From a virus, in the IMG/VR virus record IMGVR_UViG_3300027704_000014, positions 1 through 64,000 of that record: a stretch of 64,000 nucleotides of DNA, one strand, 5' to 3'. Shown in pieces: positions 37,445 through 47,139 of the stretch. Both the position numbers and the translations under genes were made by a program. Below the pieces are notes generated by a model. The model ran no database searches. It was not told the origin of the DNA and saw only the letters and a program-made list of their open reading frames with translations. The stretch's first letter is position 1. Every line of letters starts with the position of its first letter.

Positions 37445-38107
37445 ATGGCTACTCCAATGAAACATGTAGGTAAAGTCGGCGAAAAGCCTTGTGTAGTTCT
37501 CTATAGAGAAGTACCAGGTGAATCAGATTTTGCATTAATTGTACAAACAACTAACTTACCAGATGCACAACACGATGCATTAATGAATATTGTCCAAAGT
37601 GCAGAAGCACAAGAAGCAAATGAAATTGCTGATGTATTAGATAGACGTCAGTTTAGTGATGGCAGTAACATGCTACAACAATTACATTTTGACAAACGAA
37701 TTGAAAAGGTATCAGTAAACTTGGTAAATTTAACGCCAACGCCAGCTGATAGTATTTCTCTCGCTGAAGTTAATGCTGAGATAAGAAAGATTGGAAACAA
37801 TTCTAATCCACCTCTAAAGACAGACGCAATTCAACAAATGGATAACCTTGATAACCAACCTGTAACTGCTAACCCAGTTGTTGCCGAAAGCGACCCAACA
37901 TTAGCAGCAGCTAATGCACCAGTCATGGAAGGCGATGTTAACGAGTCACAAATTGCTCTTAACTTACTACAACAAGCAACTATCTTAGAAGACGATGCAC
38001 ATGCTATTATGAATGATGCAGAAGCTAAAAGACAAGAAGCTTACCGCTTAAATCCAGACCTCGAGCCGAGGAAAGGACCAGGTAGACCAAAAAAAATCAT
38101 TAGTTAG
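37445..38107 (+). CDS. Hypothetical protein
   Basis: 220 aa; MKHVG N-terminus; C-terminal GRPKK (AT-hook-like). Confidence 0.6.
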   Translation: MATPMKHVGKVGEKPCVVLYREVPGESDFALIVQTTNLPDAQHDALMNIVQSAEAQEANEIADVLDRRQFSDGSNMLQQLHFDKRIEKVSVNLVNLTPTPADSISLAEVNAEIRKIGNNSNPPLKTDAIQQMDNLDNQPVTANPVVAESDPTLAAANAPVMEGDVNESQIALNLLQQATILEDDAHAIMNDAEAKRQEAYRLNPDLEPRKGPGRPKKIIS

Positions 38108-38139
38108 TTAACAGGCGTACAAACGTCAAGGGAGGCGGT

Positions 38140-38475
38140 ATGGCAGGGCAGGGTGAAGCAGCTCGAATCGTTCTTGTTGGTAAATCGAAGAACAAGGGCA
38201 AATTTAAGGATAAAAGTTTTTTGTCGGATATCAACCCTACTGAGATCCCTAAAAGATTTATTGTTAAGATAACAGTAACATTTGAAACCGGCGACAAAGT
38301 TGATTTCGATACGAGCAATATTGCAGAAACATTTACTATAGACGAAATGCAAGATTGGTTAAAGAAGATAGATACTAAGCATGCTATTATAAAGGTTGAG
38401 ATTATGTTAGACTTGGATCTAATATATTCAACAGTAAAAGAAGATGCTGACACTATCTTTAGTAAGTACTTCTAA
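38140..38475 (+). CDS. Hypothetical protein
   Basis: GGAGG SD; DINPTEIPKRFI. Confidence 0.55.
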   Translation: MAGQGEAARIVLVGKSKNKGKFKDKSFLSDINPTEIPKRFIVKITVTFETGDKVDFDTSNIAETFTIDEMQDWLKKIDTKHAIIKVEIMLDLDLIYSTVKEDADTIFSKYF

Positions 38476-38495
38476 AGAAGAACTTCTATAAGTTT

Positions 38496-38519
38496 AAGCC
38501 TCCGGAAGGGGGCTTTTTT
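38496..38519. terminator. Terminator at the convergence of the + and - gene blocks
   Basis: AAGCCTCC-GGAA-GGGGGCTTTTTT. Confidence 0.8.
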
Positions 38520-38739
38520 ATGAGTGTGTTTTTGGTGCGTTGTATAAGTTGATTGGTGGAAGTTCTAGTTCAGGCCAGTCTATACATTGCTTCTTGAGTA
38601 ACTTGGTATTTTTCTTTGCAAACTTCTTACACATCTTTTTTGACATAGGACACTTTAAACACTTTCCGCATTTGGAGCCTATAAGATGATATCGATCTGT
38701 GTCACCGTCTACTACGGCGTGGCATATACACTTGTACAC
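38518..38739 (-). CDS. BFD-like [2Fe-2S] ferredoxin-like protein
   Basis: MYKCICHAV...GSKCGKC. Confidence 0.55.
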   Translation of the reverse strand: MYKCICHAVVDGDTDRYHLIGSKCGKCLKCPMSKKMCKKFAKKNTKLLKKQCIDWPELELPPINLYNAPKTHS

Positions 38740-39257
38740 TACAACCCTTTAAGTATGGTATCAACGGTGTTTTCCGTAACGTGTAACGCATTGTAAGGGC
38801 AGCTGTTAGCGTTTAGCACAGCTACTATGTCTTTGTCTATCTGTTGACTGTGTGCTTTGTCCTGTGCTCTACCAACGTCATCGAACTGGTCTCTGCGTTT
38901 AAGTACTACGTTGATGTTGTCATATAAGTTATAACATTCTAATGCTAGTTTATCCATAACGTCTGTGTACATAGGACCGTCGTATACATTACGATACACA
39001 ATACTAAGCAACACAGGGCTGTCTGTAATAATGTAATCTACTTTGTCTTTGAGTCTTACTAGTTTGCGGTGTTGATGTGCTAGTACCCATAGTTGGTCTT
39101 TGAGCATAGGTACATTACCTTCCCAAACACATTCCTTAGCAAATTCAGTTACTAGTTCAACACTATAACCTTGTGCTTTCATTTTGTAAAACAAGCCTGA
39201 TGCTTGAGTGCTCTTGCCTGAGCCAGGACCGCCATAAAAGTTTATTACTTTAGTCAC
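38739..39257 (-). CDS. P-loop NTPase / nucleotide kinase (NadR/AAA_28-like)
   Basis: INFYGGPGSGKST, EFAKE and IITDSP motifs. Confidence 0.8.
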   Translation of the reverse strand: MTKVINFYGGPGSGKSTQASGLFYKMKAQGYSVELVTEFAKECVWEGNVPMLKDQLWVLAHQHRKLVRLKDKVDYIITDSPVLLSIVYRNVYDGPMYTDVMDKLALECYNLYDNINVVLKRRDQFDDVGRAQDKAHSQQIDKDIVAVLNANSCPYNALHVTENTVDTILKGL

Positions 39258-39669
39258 TTAATGTTCTTCCTCTGTTATGTTCGTAGGGTGTAGAATCAAC
39301 TAGTAAGGCATCCATGCTCTTGTGATGAGGTGCTGGCTTTCCATCATTACCTAAGTTAACAAATACTAATTTATTAATTGTGGTAATAATCTGCTTAGTT
39401 TTTTTATTACGCACTATGCAATTAATTGTTATACTTGTTCTTCCCATAGCAATAGTATCCATCCCAATCTCAACTATGTCGCCTCTAACAGCCGTAGAAA
39501 CAAATTGAATGTCAGTCATACTAGCAGTAACAATACGATCATTGCCTAACTGACAAGTACAATATATGTATGCTTCTTCATCTATCCAATCAAGTACTCT
39601 GCCTCCAAATAATGTTGCATTAGAGTTTAAGTCTTTGTGCGTAACCATCTTCCTTGTAAAGTATTTCAT
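39250..39669 (-). CDS. Acyl-CoA thioesterase (YciA-like hot-dog fold)
   Basis: DLNSNATLFGGRVLDWIDEEA and GRTSI motifs. Confidence 0.88.
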   Translation of the reverse strand: MKYFTRKMVTHKDLNSNATLFGGRVLDWIDEEAYIYCTCQLGNDRIVTASMTDIQFVSTAVRGDIVEIGMDTIAMGRTSITINCIVRNKKTKQIITTINKLVFVNLGNDGKPAPHHKSMDALLVDSTPYEHNRGRTLSD

Positions 39670-40331
39670 TTATATCCTATCTGCATAAATCTACTGTACA
39701 CTGGTATCTTTAGTTCTCCGGCATACAAAGTTCTTTTTAAAGGATAGCGTTCTTGCATATCCTCGACACTAGAGCAAGTGTTTATATGATCGTCGTACTC
39801 GTCTGAGTTATTAGTTTGCATAATAATTAATTGATCATTACCCACACTGTCAAACCAGTCGTTGTTCATATGTTCACAGCTCGTGTTTATTATAGCATAA
39901 GGTTTTACAGAAATCAACTCCCCTTCTGTGATAAATTCCATATTCTGGCAATTAAGTTCATTTACATCAGCAACTATACCTTTGAACTTCCAGCCCGGTA
40001 AGTATTGCCTGTTAAGATATTCAGCTAGTTCAATACTTTTAGGGTCCATGTCAAAACCATAGATTCTATCTATAGGTATAGCTCTGTGTAATAGAGGAAC
40101 TAATGCTCCTACCCAGCAACCTAGTATAGCCCATGTTTGGTAAGACTGTATACTAGTATTAGCAAGTGTGTGCAATAGCCATGCTTTGCTTACTAGTTGC
40201 CCTATGCTGAATGCATCCTTAGGGTACTTGTTCGTGTTTACTTCGTGTATAAGTGTAGGCGGAATATTAACACCACAGTCATCTAACCAGTGGTGTACGC
40301 TATCCCAATCACTAAGTGTTATCTTGTTCAT
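39666..40331 (-). CDS. Class I SAM-dependent methyltransferase-like protein
   Basis: ILGCWVG, FDMDP and INTSCEH motifs. Confidence 0.65.
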   Translation of the reverse strand: MNKITLSDWDSVHHWLDDCGVNIPPTLIHEVNTNKYPKDAFSIGQLVSKAWLLHTLANTSIQSYQTWAILGCWVGALVPLLHRAIPIDRIYGFDMDPKSIELAEYLNRQYLPGWKFKGIVADVNELNCQNMEFITEGELISVKPYAIINTSCEHMNNDWFDSVGNDQLIIMQTNNSDEYDDHINTCSSVEDMQERYPLKRTLYAGELKIPVYSRFMQIGYK

Positions 40332-43300
40332 ATTGTATTTTTAGCCAATCAAAGTTATTAATGTTTAATAGCACTTCCGCATTATCCTTGTTCTCTTTTG
40401 CAAACGCCACCGCTTGTTCTGCACCTGCTTTTGCGTCATCTTTAAAGTCTGCATCTGGGTTAGGGTTTAGCCATGCATCTAAACGCTCTTTGCTTTCTAT
40501 ATCATCGTTGAGTGATAGTTTAACGCACTCCCTAAACGCACTACGCCACGCACTGTAAGCGTCTGTGTTGAATCTTGTGTAGCAACTAAGCTCAGGTATA
40601 GCCTTAAATCTACTACTTAGTCCTGTTGTAAAGTCTAGTCCCCATGTAGTTGCATCTCTAACCATTTGCGTTGGGAATAGTTTAACACCGCCGTAACCGT
40701 ATTCAAGTCCGTTAATTAAGTTCATACTGTTCCATACATGAACTACTTCTTCGTCATATACATCTGGCATGTATGAAAAGTCAAAACTGTCTAATACATC
40801 AGCATCGCCATCAACTACCCAAAACATATTACTAGTAACACGGTTACTAGCATGCTGGTGAGCATTAAATATGCCGTCTATATCTTTAATCCATATTAGG
40901 TTAGGTTTACGTTTGGATACTGTAGCAAGTTCACTTACCCGTTGCTGTAACTTCTCAAAACGTTCTGCTGCTTTAGGTTCATTGTAACTTAAAAATATAA
41001 TGTCAAACATTTCTGTGATACTTCCTTGTTCACGAACGTACTGTACGTTCTTAATTTTGTTTAATTGTAAATCTGCTGTGGTTAACTTACTATAGTCTCC
41101 GTTAGTAGGCCATAGTCTAAGTCCACCATATCCGTGTGTTTGACCTGTTAAATCATTTACTTTCTGCCAGCAATGTATCTTGTTTATGTCTGCTACTTTA
41201 GGTGAGAATCCTAGTTTAGTAGGCGTTGCTTGTACGTCTGTATCTGTGTTTGGATTCACACTCCACACAAACGGCACTGGTTCGCCTGTTTCATACCCGT
41301 CTCTATAACTTTCTAGTTCGTCTAAGAAGTCGTCTCTATTGTAACTGTCTAGTCTAATGATTGGCCACTTAGGACGTAAACTTGCTTCCACAGTCATTAG
41401 TTTTAAGTTGCCTAAACTGTTGTTTAGTATCTGGTCATCAGTAAATTCCCACTCATCAAATAGGTTTTTAGGCACTAATCTAATGTTCTTATGTTCGCCA
41501 TCTTCGTTTAAAAAGACATGCATAAAGCCTGTATCGTACTGTGTAGGATAGTAATCGAAGTTAAAATCTGGCGATACTTGGGTATGTAAGTCAACAACCC
41601 AGAACATACTGGTGTCTGTAGTTGCACACAAGCGTCTGTAAGCGGCGTCTAGTGTTCCGGTGTAATCTTGTGGGTCTAAAGTATAAACAGGGTACTGTTG
41701 CTGTTTACAAGCAGGCTCGCGGATGAATTTAGGGCGACCTTTTGCGTTAGGTACCTTAGGACATAGTGCAACACCAGCATAATCGTATTGTCTGCCTGTA
41801 AGAGGATTAAGTTTTTGCCATACATGCTTCTTGCCTTTATCCCATACCGGAGGAACGTATGAGAAATCAAACTCTTCTAATACATCTACTTCTGAGTCTA
41901 TTACCCAGAACCAGTCTTTGGTTGTGTTTGCTCTGCCTTCTTCTTCAGTGCTATAATGATCAAACACAGGTTTAGTAAAGGGCGATTCTTCATGTATCTT
42001 AGTTTCTGCTTCTTCCCAATTTAACGGTAGCCAGCGAACTCCACCCATTGCTTCTGGATACTTATGTTCAAGTTGCCCGTCTACATGAAATGTGTGTATA
42101 AAATTTTTCTCAAAATTACTAGGTAACCATTCAATTTCTTCGTCAAGTTGATACTCGCTATCAATTAACCAGCACTGTCCATTTGACTGTGTATAGTCAT
42201 TAGGGTCAGTAACAAAGTACATAGGGTAGCGTTTTGCCTTGACAGGAATGTCTGCATGTATTACAACATCCTCATTTCTGTCTACTGGAACCCAGCGAAC
42301 TCCACCCATTGCTTCTGGATATTTGTGCTTTAACTGATCAGGAACATGAAATGTGTGTACGTTCTTCATTTCAAATACACTTGGACTCCAATCTATGTCA
42401 TCATCAATTTGATATTCTTTGTCTATGATCCAGCAGTCTTGTGTAACAATACTATAGTCGGTTACATCATCAACAAACAGGATAGGATATTCTTTCTTGT
42501 GTTGTTGCATGGAACCTTTATACTTTGTAGATGTGTTTTCGTTGTGAGTTTTAGGCACAAGGTATATGCCGCCTTCTTGCTCAGGATACTTATGCTGTAA
42601 CTGATCATCTACTTTAAAATTAAGTAAATATTTTTGCTCATCTTTAGTAGGTACATATTTAAATACGTTACTAATAGTGTGTTCTGCATCAACAACCCAG
42701 CACATCTTTGTTCTGCTTTTCTTAATACATGCATCAAAGTTACTCGGCTCTGCTATGTAAAACACATCAAAACGCACAGGTACAGTACTTGCTTGATACT
42801 TATGCTTAGTCATATCAAAGTTTTTGTTCATTAACCGCACACCGCCACAACGATTATCCCAAGCGTCTGTGTAGTCTGCTGGGTAACGTTCTTCTAAGTG
42901 TCCTGGTATTTTAAATACGTGAATATACTCTTGTTCGTGTAATGCAGGAACATATAGCAGTTTACCATTAAACTGGAACTCTCTGTCTACTATCCAAAAC
43001 CATTCAGACTTACTACGCTCTGCATACTCGCTGTACGTTTCGGCATTGAAGTCATCGCTATCGATGTAAAATACATCATACGCTTCATCCTCAATTGGAC
43101 AATCAGGATGTATTTTAGTTTCTGCTTTTTTATAGTTTTTAGGTACTAGTCTAATACCGCCCATTGCTTGTGGATATTTGTCTTGCAACTGATATGGCAT
43201 TCTAAATACATGTAGCATATCATCTTCAAACGGACTAGGTACCCAGTCGACAGTAGAAAAATTTACTGCATGTTGTGCATCTATCATCCATACATAATCT

Positions 43301-43923
43301 TCCCTAAATGTATTACGTTGAGCATAGTTCTCAACATCTTTAGTATACAGTATAGGATATGTTATATTAGCACCCAAGAATCCATGGAACTTAGTTTTAG
43401 CAGTTTTCCAATTCTTAGGATATAACTTGATGCCACCTTCTTCGGCAGGATATTTGTGTTCTAGTTGTCCACGTAAATGGAATGAATGTATAAAGTTAGG
43501 CTCGAAGTTACTAGGAGCCCAATCAATATCACTGCTTAGTTTATAATCTTTATCTACACACCATACGTGAGTTGCATATTTGTTCTTTTCAAAGTACTTA
43601 GCAGGTGTCTTAGTATTAAGTATATCAAACTTCTTTTTACATACAACTTTATTTACTTCCTTAATACCATTACTTATATCTGCAGGTAACAAACGTAAAC
43701 CACCGTAGTTAGTATTATCCCATTTCCACACATGTTCGTAATGCTCGTCATGCACATCTGGTCTATAGTCTAATACATCAAAATCATTAAGTTCGATGTT
43801 TGGCTCTACAAGCCAATACATCTTTGTATTAGAATTTATACTAGTAGTAGAATCTACTTGTTTTGCAAAAGGTAGGTTATCTTTTACTTGTTGGTTTTCA
43901 CCAATATAGAATATATCAAACAT
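40312..43923 (-). CDS. Multi-module GT-A-like glycosyltransferase repeat protein
   Basis: About 11 tandem modules (W-h-h-D...PxxxE...HxF...GGhxLxP); the terminal module has FWVVDGDA and YGYGGVKLFP. Confidence 0.6.
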   Translation of the reverse strand: MFDIFYIGENQQVKDNLPFAKQVDSTTSINSNTKMYWLVEPNIELNDFDVLDYRPDVHDEHYEHVWKWDNTNYGGLRLLPADISNGIKEVNKVVCKKKFDILNTKTPAKYFEKNKYATHVWCVDKDYKLSSDIDWAPSNFEPNFIHSFHLRGQLEHKYPAEEGGIKLYPKNWKTAKTKFHGFLGANITYPILYTKDVENYAQRNTFREDYVWMIDAQHAVNFSTVDWVPSPFEDDMLHVFRMPYQLQDKYPQAMGGIRLVPKNYKKAETKIHPDCPIEDEAYDVFYIDSDDFNAETYSEYAERSKSEWFWIVDREFQFNGKLLYVPALHEQEYIHVFKIPGHLEERYPADYTDAWDNRCGGVRLMNKNFDMTKHKYQASTVPVRFDVFYIAEPSNFDACIKKSRTKMCWVVDAEHTISNVFKYVPTKDEQKYLLNFKVDDQLQHKYPEQEGGIYLVPKTHNENTSTKYKGSMQQHKKEYPILFVDDVTDYSIVTQDCWIIDKEYQIDDDIDWSPSVFEMKNVHTFHVPDQLKHKYPEAMGGVRWVPVDRNEDVVIHADIPVKAKRYPMYFVTDPNDYTQSNGQCWLIDSEYQLDEEIEWLPSNFEKNFIHTFHVDGQLEHKYPEAMGGVRWLPLNWEEAETKIHEESPFTKPVFDHYSTEEEGRANTTKDWFWVIDSEVDVLEEFDFSYVPPVWDKGKKHVWQKLNPLTGRQYDYAGVALCPKVPNAKGRPKFIREPACKQQQYPVYTLDPQDYTGTLDAAYRRLCATTDTSMFWVVDLHTQVSPDFNFDYYPTQYDTGFMHVFLNEDGEHKNIRLVPKNLFDEWEFTDDQILNNSLGNLKLMTVEASLRPKWPIIRLDSYNRDDFLDELESYRDGYETGEPVPFVWSVNPNTDTDVQATPTKLGFSPKVADINKIHCWQKVNDLTGQTHGYGGLRLWPTNGDYSKLTTADLQLNKIKNVQYVREQGSITEMFDIIFLSYNEPKAAERFEKLQQRVSELATVSKRKPNLIWIKDIDGIFNAHQHASNRVTSNMFWVVDGDADVLDSFDFSYMPDVYDEEVVHVWNSMNLINGLEYGYGGVKLFPTQMVRDATTWGLDFTTGLSSRFKAIPELSCYTRFNTDAYSAWRSAFRECVKLSLNDDIESKERLDAWLNPNPDADFKDDAKAGAEQAVAFAKENKDNAEVLLNINNFDWLKIQYEQDNT

Positions 43924-43925
43924 TA

Positions 43926-45437
43926 CTAATCACTCGTATGGACCGGTACGCCATAATGGAAGGCAAACATCGCGGCGTCCTCCATGTCGTTAACTATGGG
44001 CTGGCCTTTAATATTCAAACTAGTGTTCACCATCATAGGACACCCTGTTGCTTTATAAAACTCTCTGAGTAATGTGTATAAGCCAGGATGTTGATTTAGT
44101 GAGACAGTTTGTACTCTGCTTGTTCCGTCTTTGTGTACAATAGCAGGGTACTCGTCTGGGAATTTGCATCTAGCAACGAACTGCATGTACGGACTAGTTT
44201 CAACCGGCATGTCAAAATACTCGTGTGCGAATTCTTCAAGTATAACAGGAGCAAACGGTCTGAACTCTTGTCTCTTTTTAATTTGATTCATTTGATCTTT
44301 TACGTTTGGTCCCCTAGGGTCAGCACATAATGTTCTGTTGCCTAACGCTCTTGGACCAAACTCTGCTTTACCGTTAGCAATACCAAATAGTTCTCCTGCT
44401 AGTAAACTTTTTAATGCGGCTTTAACAGGATAAGTACCAGGAATGTTTTTACCTAAGTAAGGACCTTCCCATTTAATTTTTTTACCTGTTTGATTGTAAT
44501 ACTCTAAAGCTGCGGCACCTAAACTACTTCCAGCATCACCTGGGTTAGGCATTATGTGTACGTTATCGTATCCAACTTCTTTTAATCTACTGTTAGCAAC
44601 ACAGTTAAGAGCAACACCGCCCATGAATACTATGTTGCTACTGTTTGTTAATTCTTTAGCATATTGTGCATACGCAAGTATACGTTCTTCTACTTGCATT
44701 TGTGCAGCCATTGCAATGTCAAAGTCATCTACACCTTTGTACATTTTAGGGTCCATGCCTTTTTGCAAATTCTTCTTCATCTTAATAGCTTGTGATGGCT
44801 TAGTGTATGCCCAAGTATGCTTGAAAAAGTCTTTGCCCATTTGTCTGCTTAATTTAGATGCTATAATTGGATTACCGTATGCAGCCATTCCCATGAGTAT
44901 GTATTCATCTTCGTTTGGTTTTAAACCTACACGATGAGTAACAGCACTATAGAATAATCCTAAACTACTAGGAAACCTTGTACTGTGTAACTTAGTTAAC
45001 TTCTTGTTTTTCCAACCCCAAATAGTTGCACAATCAAATTCGCCAATTGCATCAATAACCATGATAGCACTTTCTTGGAAGTTGCTAGTTAGTATACCGG
45101 CGGCCGCATGCGTCTCGTGGTGCCAGTAACTTTTAATCGGAATGCCGGCTAGTTGTGGATAAAACTCTTTGATCCAATCTTCTTGTGATAGTTCATTGAA
45201 ACTATTAAAGTCACCACTCAGTAATGCTCTAAATTTCTTTGCTTTACTATTCTCATGTAGTACGATTATATCTGGTGTGCCGTGTTCTAGTGCGGCATCA
45301 ATTAGCTCGTGATTTAAAAATGGATCATTCTTTTGTTTACTGTAACGTTCAGCATGAGCGGCGAATCTTATTTTGCCTGCTCTAACAACTGTTACAGCCG
45401 CATCGTGGAAGCCCGAGCTTATTCCTAAAATATTCAT
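43926..45437 (-). CDS. Carbamoyltransferase (NodU/CmcH/TobZ family)
   Basis: GFHDAA, HHETHA, MGMAAYG, GGVALNC, EFGPRALGNR, FRPFAP and NTSLN motifs. Confidence 0.95.
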   Translation of the reverse strand: MNILGISSGFHDAAVTVVRAGKIRFAAHAERYSKQKNDPFLNHELIDAALEHGTPDIIVLHENSKAKKFRALLSGDFNSFNELSQEDWIKEFYPQLAGIPIKSYWHHETHAAAGILTSNFQESAIMVIDAIGEFDCATIWGWKNKKLTKLHSTRFPSSLGLFYSAVTHRVGLKPNEDEYILMGMAAYGNPIIASKLSRQMGKDFFKHTWAYTKPSQAIKMKKNLQKGMDPKMYKGVDDFDIAMAAQMQVEERILAYAQYAKELTNSSNIVFMGGVALNCVANSRLKEVGYDNVHIMPNPGDAGSSLGAAALEYYNQTGKKIKWEGPYLGKNIPGTYPVKAALKSLLAGELFGIANGKAEFGPRALGNRTLCADPRGPNVKDQMNQIKKRQEFRPFAPVILEEFAHEYFDMPVETSPYMQFVARCKFPDEYPAIVHKDGTSRVQTVSLNQHPGLYTLLREFYKATGCPMMVNTSLNIKGQPIVNDMEDAAMFAFHYGVPVHTSD

Positions 45438-45601
45438 TTGTGTTTAGTCTCTATCTGTCTGTGTTCTAATTCATGCATTATGTGTATTCTGCGTTCTGTT
45501 GTTAAGTTTGCCCACGCAACGATTTCGTCTAGCGATCGTTTACACCCTTTGCAGAAATTGTTCTCATTTATCCTGCACAGGTTTACACACGGTGATTCCA
45601 T
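45434..45601 (-). CDS. DUF1289-family Cys-rich (Fe-S/Zn) protein, 55 aa (not in ORF track)
   Basis: SPCVNLC...CKGCKRSLDEIVAW; ATGA overlap with the carbamoyltransferase. Confidence 0.8.
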   Translation of the reverse strand: MESPCVNLCRINENNFCKGCKRSLDEIVAWANLTTERRIHIMHELEHRQIETKHK

Positions 45602-45766
45602 TTATCTGTAAATGAAAGGATCTCGTCTGCGTAACTCTTCGATGCGTTTCTTTAACTGTGCTTCTTGTTCTGCTTTTACTCTAGCAATTTTTTCATCTGA
45701 GGTCTCAGTGCCTGCTGGAGGATTGCGGTCAGTACCTAGCGAGCCTTCGTGATCGTTGTTTTCCAT
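45602..45766 (-). CDS. 54-aa peptide ending RDPFIYR (not in ORF track)
   Basis: AGGAGA SD and TAAATA upstream; translated by hand. Confidence 0.7.
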   Translation of the reverse strand: MENNDHEGSLGTDRNPPAGTETSDEKIARVKAEQEAQLKKRIEELRRRDPFIYR

Positions 45767-45788
45767 TGTATCTCCTTTGTATGTGTAT

Positions 45789-47081
45789 TTATTTGAGCTT
45801 ACCCATAATCTGCTGTAAGTATGGATGACGTCTAACGATATCCATTATAACACCATTGCCGCCATCTCTATCTACAAATGTTTTCCATGAGCCAGTCATG
45901 GGATTAACTAAAGGACTATGTGCTGCTTGTTGCGATATTACTTTTTCGTTATTTCCTAAATCTTTAACTATCTGAGGAATATACGGATCATGGAAACACA
46001 ATTCTAAATAGTTTTTTAAGTTATGTTCTATTTTACTTTTACACAGTCGTCGTGTAACATCTAGATTTAAATCTAAGTCATTTAAGCGTTTTAATTCGGC
46101 TGCTAATGCTTCTGTTCGCTTCCTAGGACTTGCAATTGAATCAAACGAGTAATCAATTACTTCATCATATAACTCAAATCCATACTTTTTTAAATTTTGG
46201 TTTATGTATCGTGGACCGTGTATCATAAACAATTTTTGATACACAATAGGCCATACACATTTTTCTGTGCGAAAATGTGTTGTTAGCGAAGTTTCTGAGA
46301 CAACATCAATAAGACAATTAATATATCCTTTCGGTGGTCCAGAGTATATATCCCCTTGTAGCTCTTCTTCACTATCGTATATATGTCTACCGTGACTGTA
46401 TGTTGTTGCTCCAATCTCTTCCATTATTTTGTCGCATTCCGCATGCGGGTCTATCAATGTAAATCTATTTTGATCATTATCAATTAAACCTCTTTTTTGT
46501 ATTTCATCAAGTAGTAATAGTCTATGGTGTTTTGCAACACGGTTCTTGAGGAAAAATAAGGCGTCTAGTCTGTGTTTACTAAAGTTGGATATGCCCTCTA
46601 AGGCAGGAGCTGCTACTTTTGTACCATTCCACACTAAAAAATAAGTTGGCCATATCTGAACATTGTCAAAAAAGTGCTGTTGTAGTAACACTGAATACGG
46701 GCCACGTGTATATGTTGGTTGAGGAGGTAGTTCGCCACAAAGCTCGGCCAACCGGCGAGCTTCCTTGTAAGTTTCTACCTGCTTTAGACCATCCAACGTT
46801 ATATCAATCTGTGATGTTTCTTCTGGAATTAACTTGTAATTGCCAGTAATAATGTCTACCCTGTTACCGTTTTGTTCATTGTGTGCGATTGCTTCGTTCA
46901 TTACACGTTCAAATTCAGCAGGATCTTGCCAAAGTTCTACTTCTGTCATCGATGCTTCTTTTGATGCATCAACAATAATATGTGTGTTAGCGTTTTGCAT
47001 ACATATACTAAATAATTTAGATACACTGAGAGCATGATTCCATAAATCTAAAACTTTGTATTTGTTATACCTTTTTGTCAT
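45789..47081 (-). CDS. Glycosyltransferase-like protein (ET...TEK family)
   Basis: DVVSET...FRTEK..WPI...GFELYDEVIDYSFD. Confidence 0.55.
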   Translation of the reverse strand: MTKRYNKYKVLDLWNHALSVSKLFSICMQNANTHIIVDASKEASMTEVELWQDPAEFERVMNEAIAHNEQNGNRVDIITGNYKLIPEETSQIDITLDGLKQVETYKEARRLAELCGELPPQPTYTRGPYSVLLQQHFFDNVQIWPTYFLVWNGTKVAAPALEGISNFSKHRLDALFFLKNRVAKHHRLLLLDEIQKRGLIDNDQNRFTLIDPHAECDKIMEEIGATTYSHGRHIYDSEEELQGDIYSGPPKGYINCLIDVVSETSLTTHFRTEKCVWPIVYQKLFMIHGPRYINQNLKKYGFELYDEVIDYSFDSIASPRKRTEALAAELKRLNDLDLNLDVTRRLCKSKIEHNLKNYLELCFHDPYIPQIVKDLGNNEKVISQQAAHSPLVNPMTGSWKTFVDRDGGNGVIMDIVRRHPYLQQIMGKLK

Positions 47082-47100
47082 CGATCGAAAATCCTTATGA

Positions 47101-47125
47101 GATAAATACTGTTTTAATATTTATC
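47101..47125. promoter_or_regulatory. Face-to-face TAAATA promoter pair
   Basis: GATAAATA-9 nt-TATTTATC inverted repeat between divergent genes. Confidence 0.55.
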
Positions 47126-47139
47126 AAAGGAAATACGCA

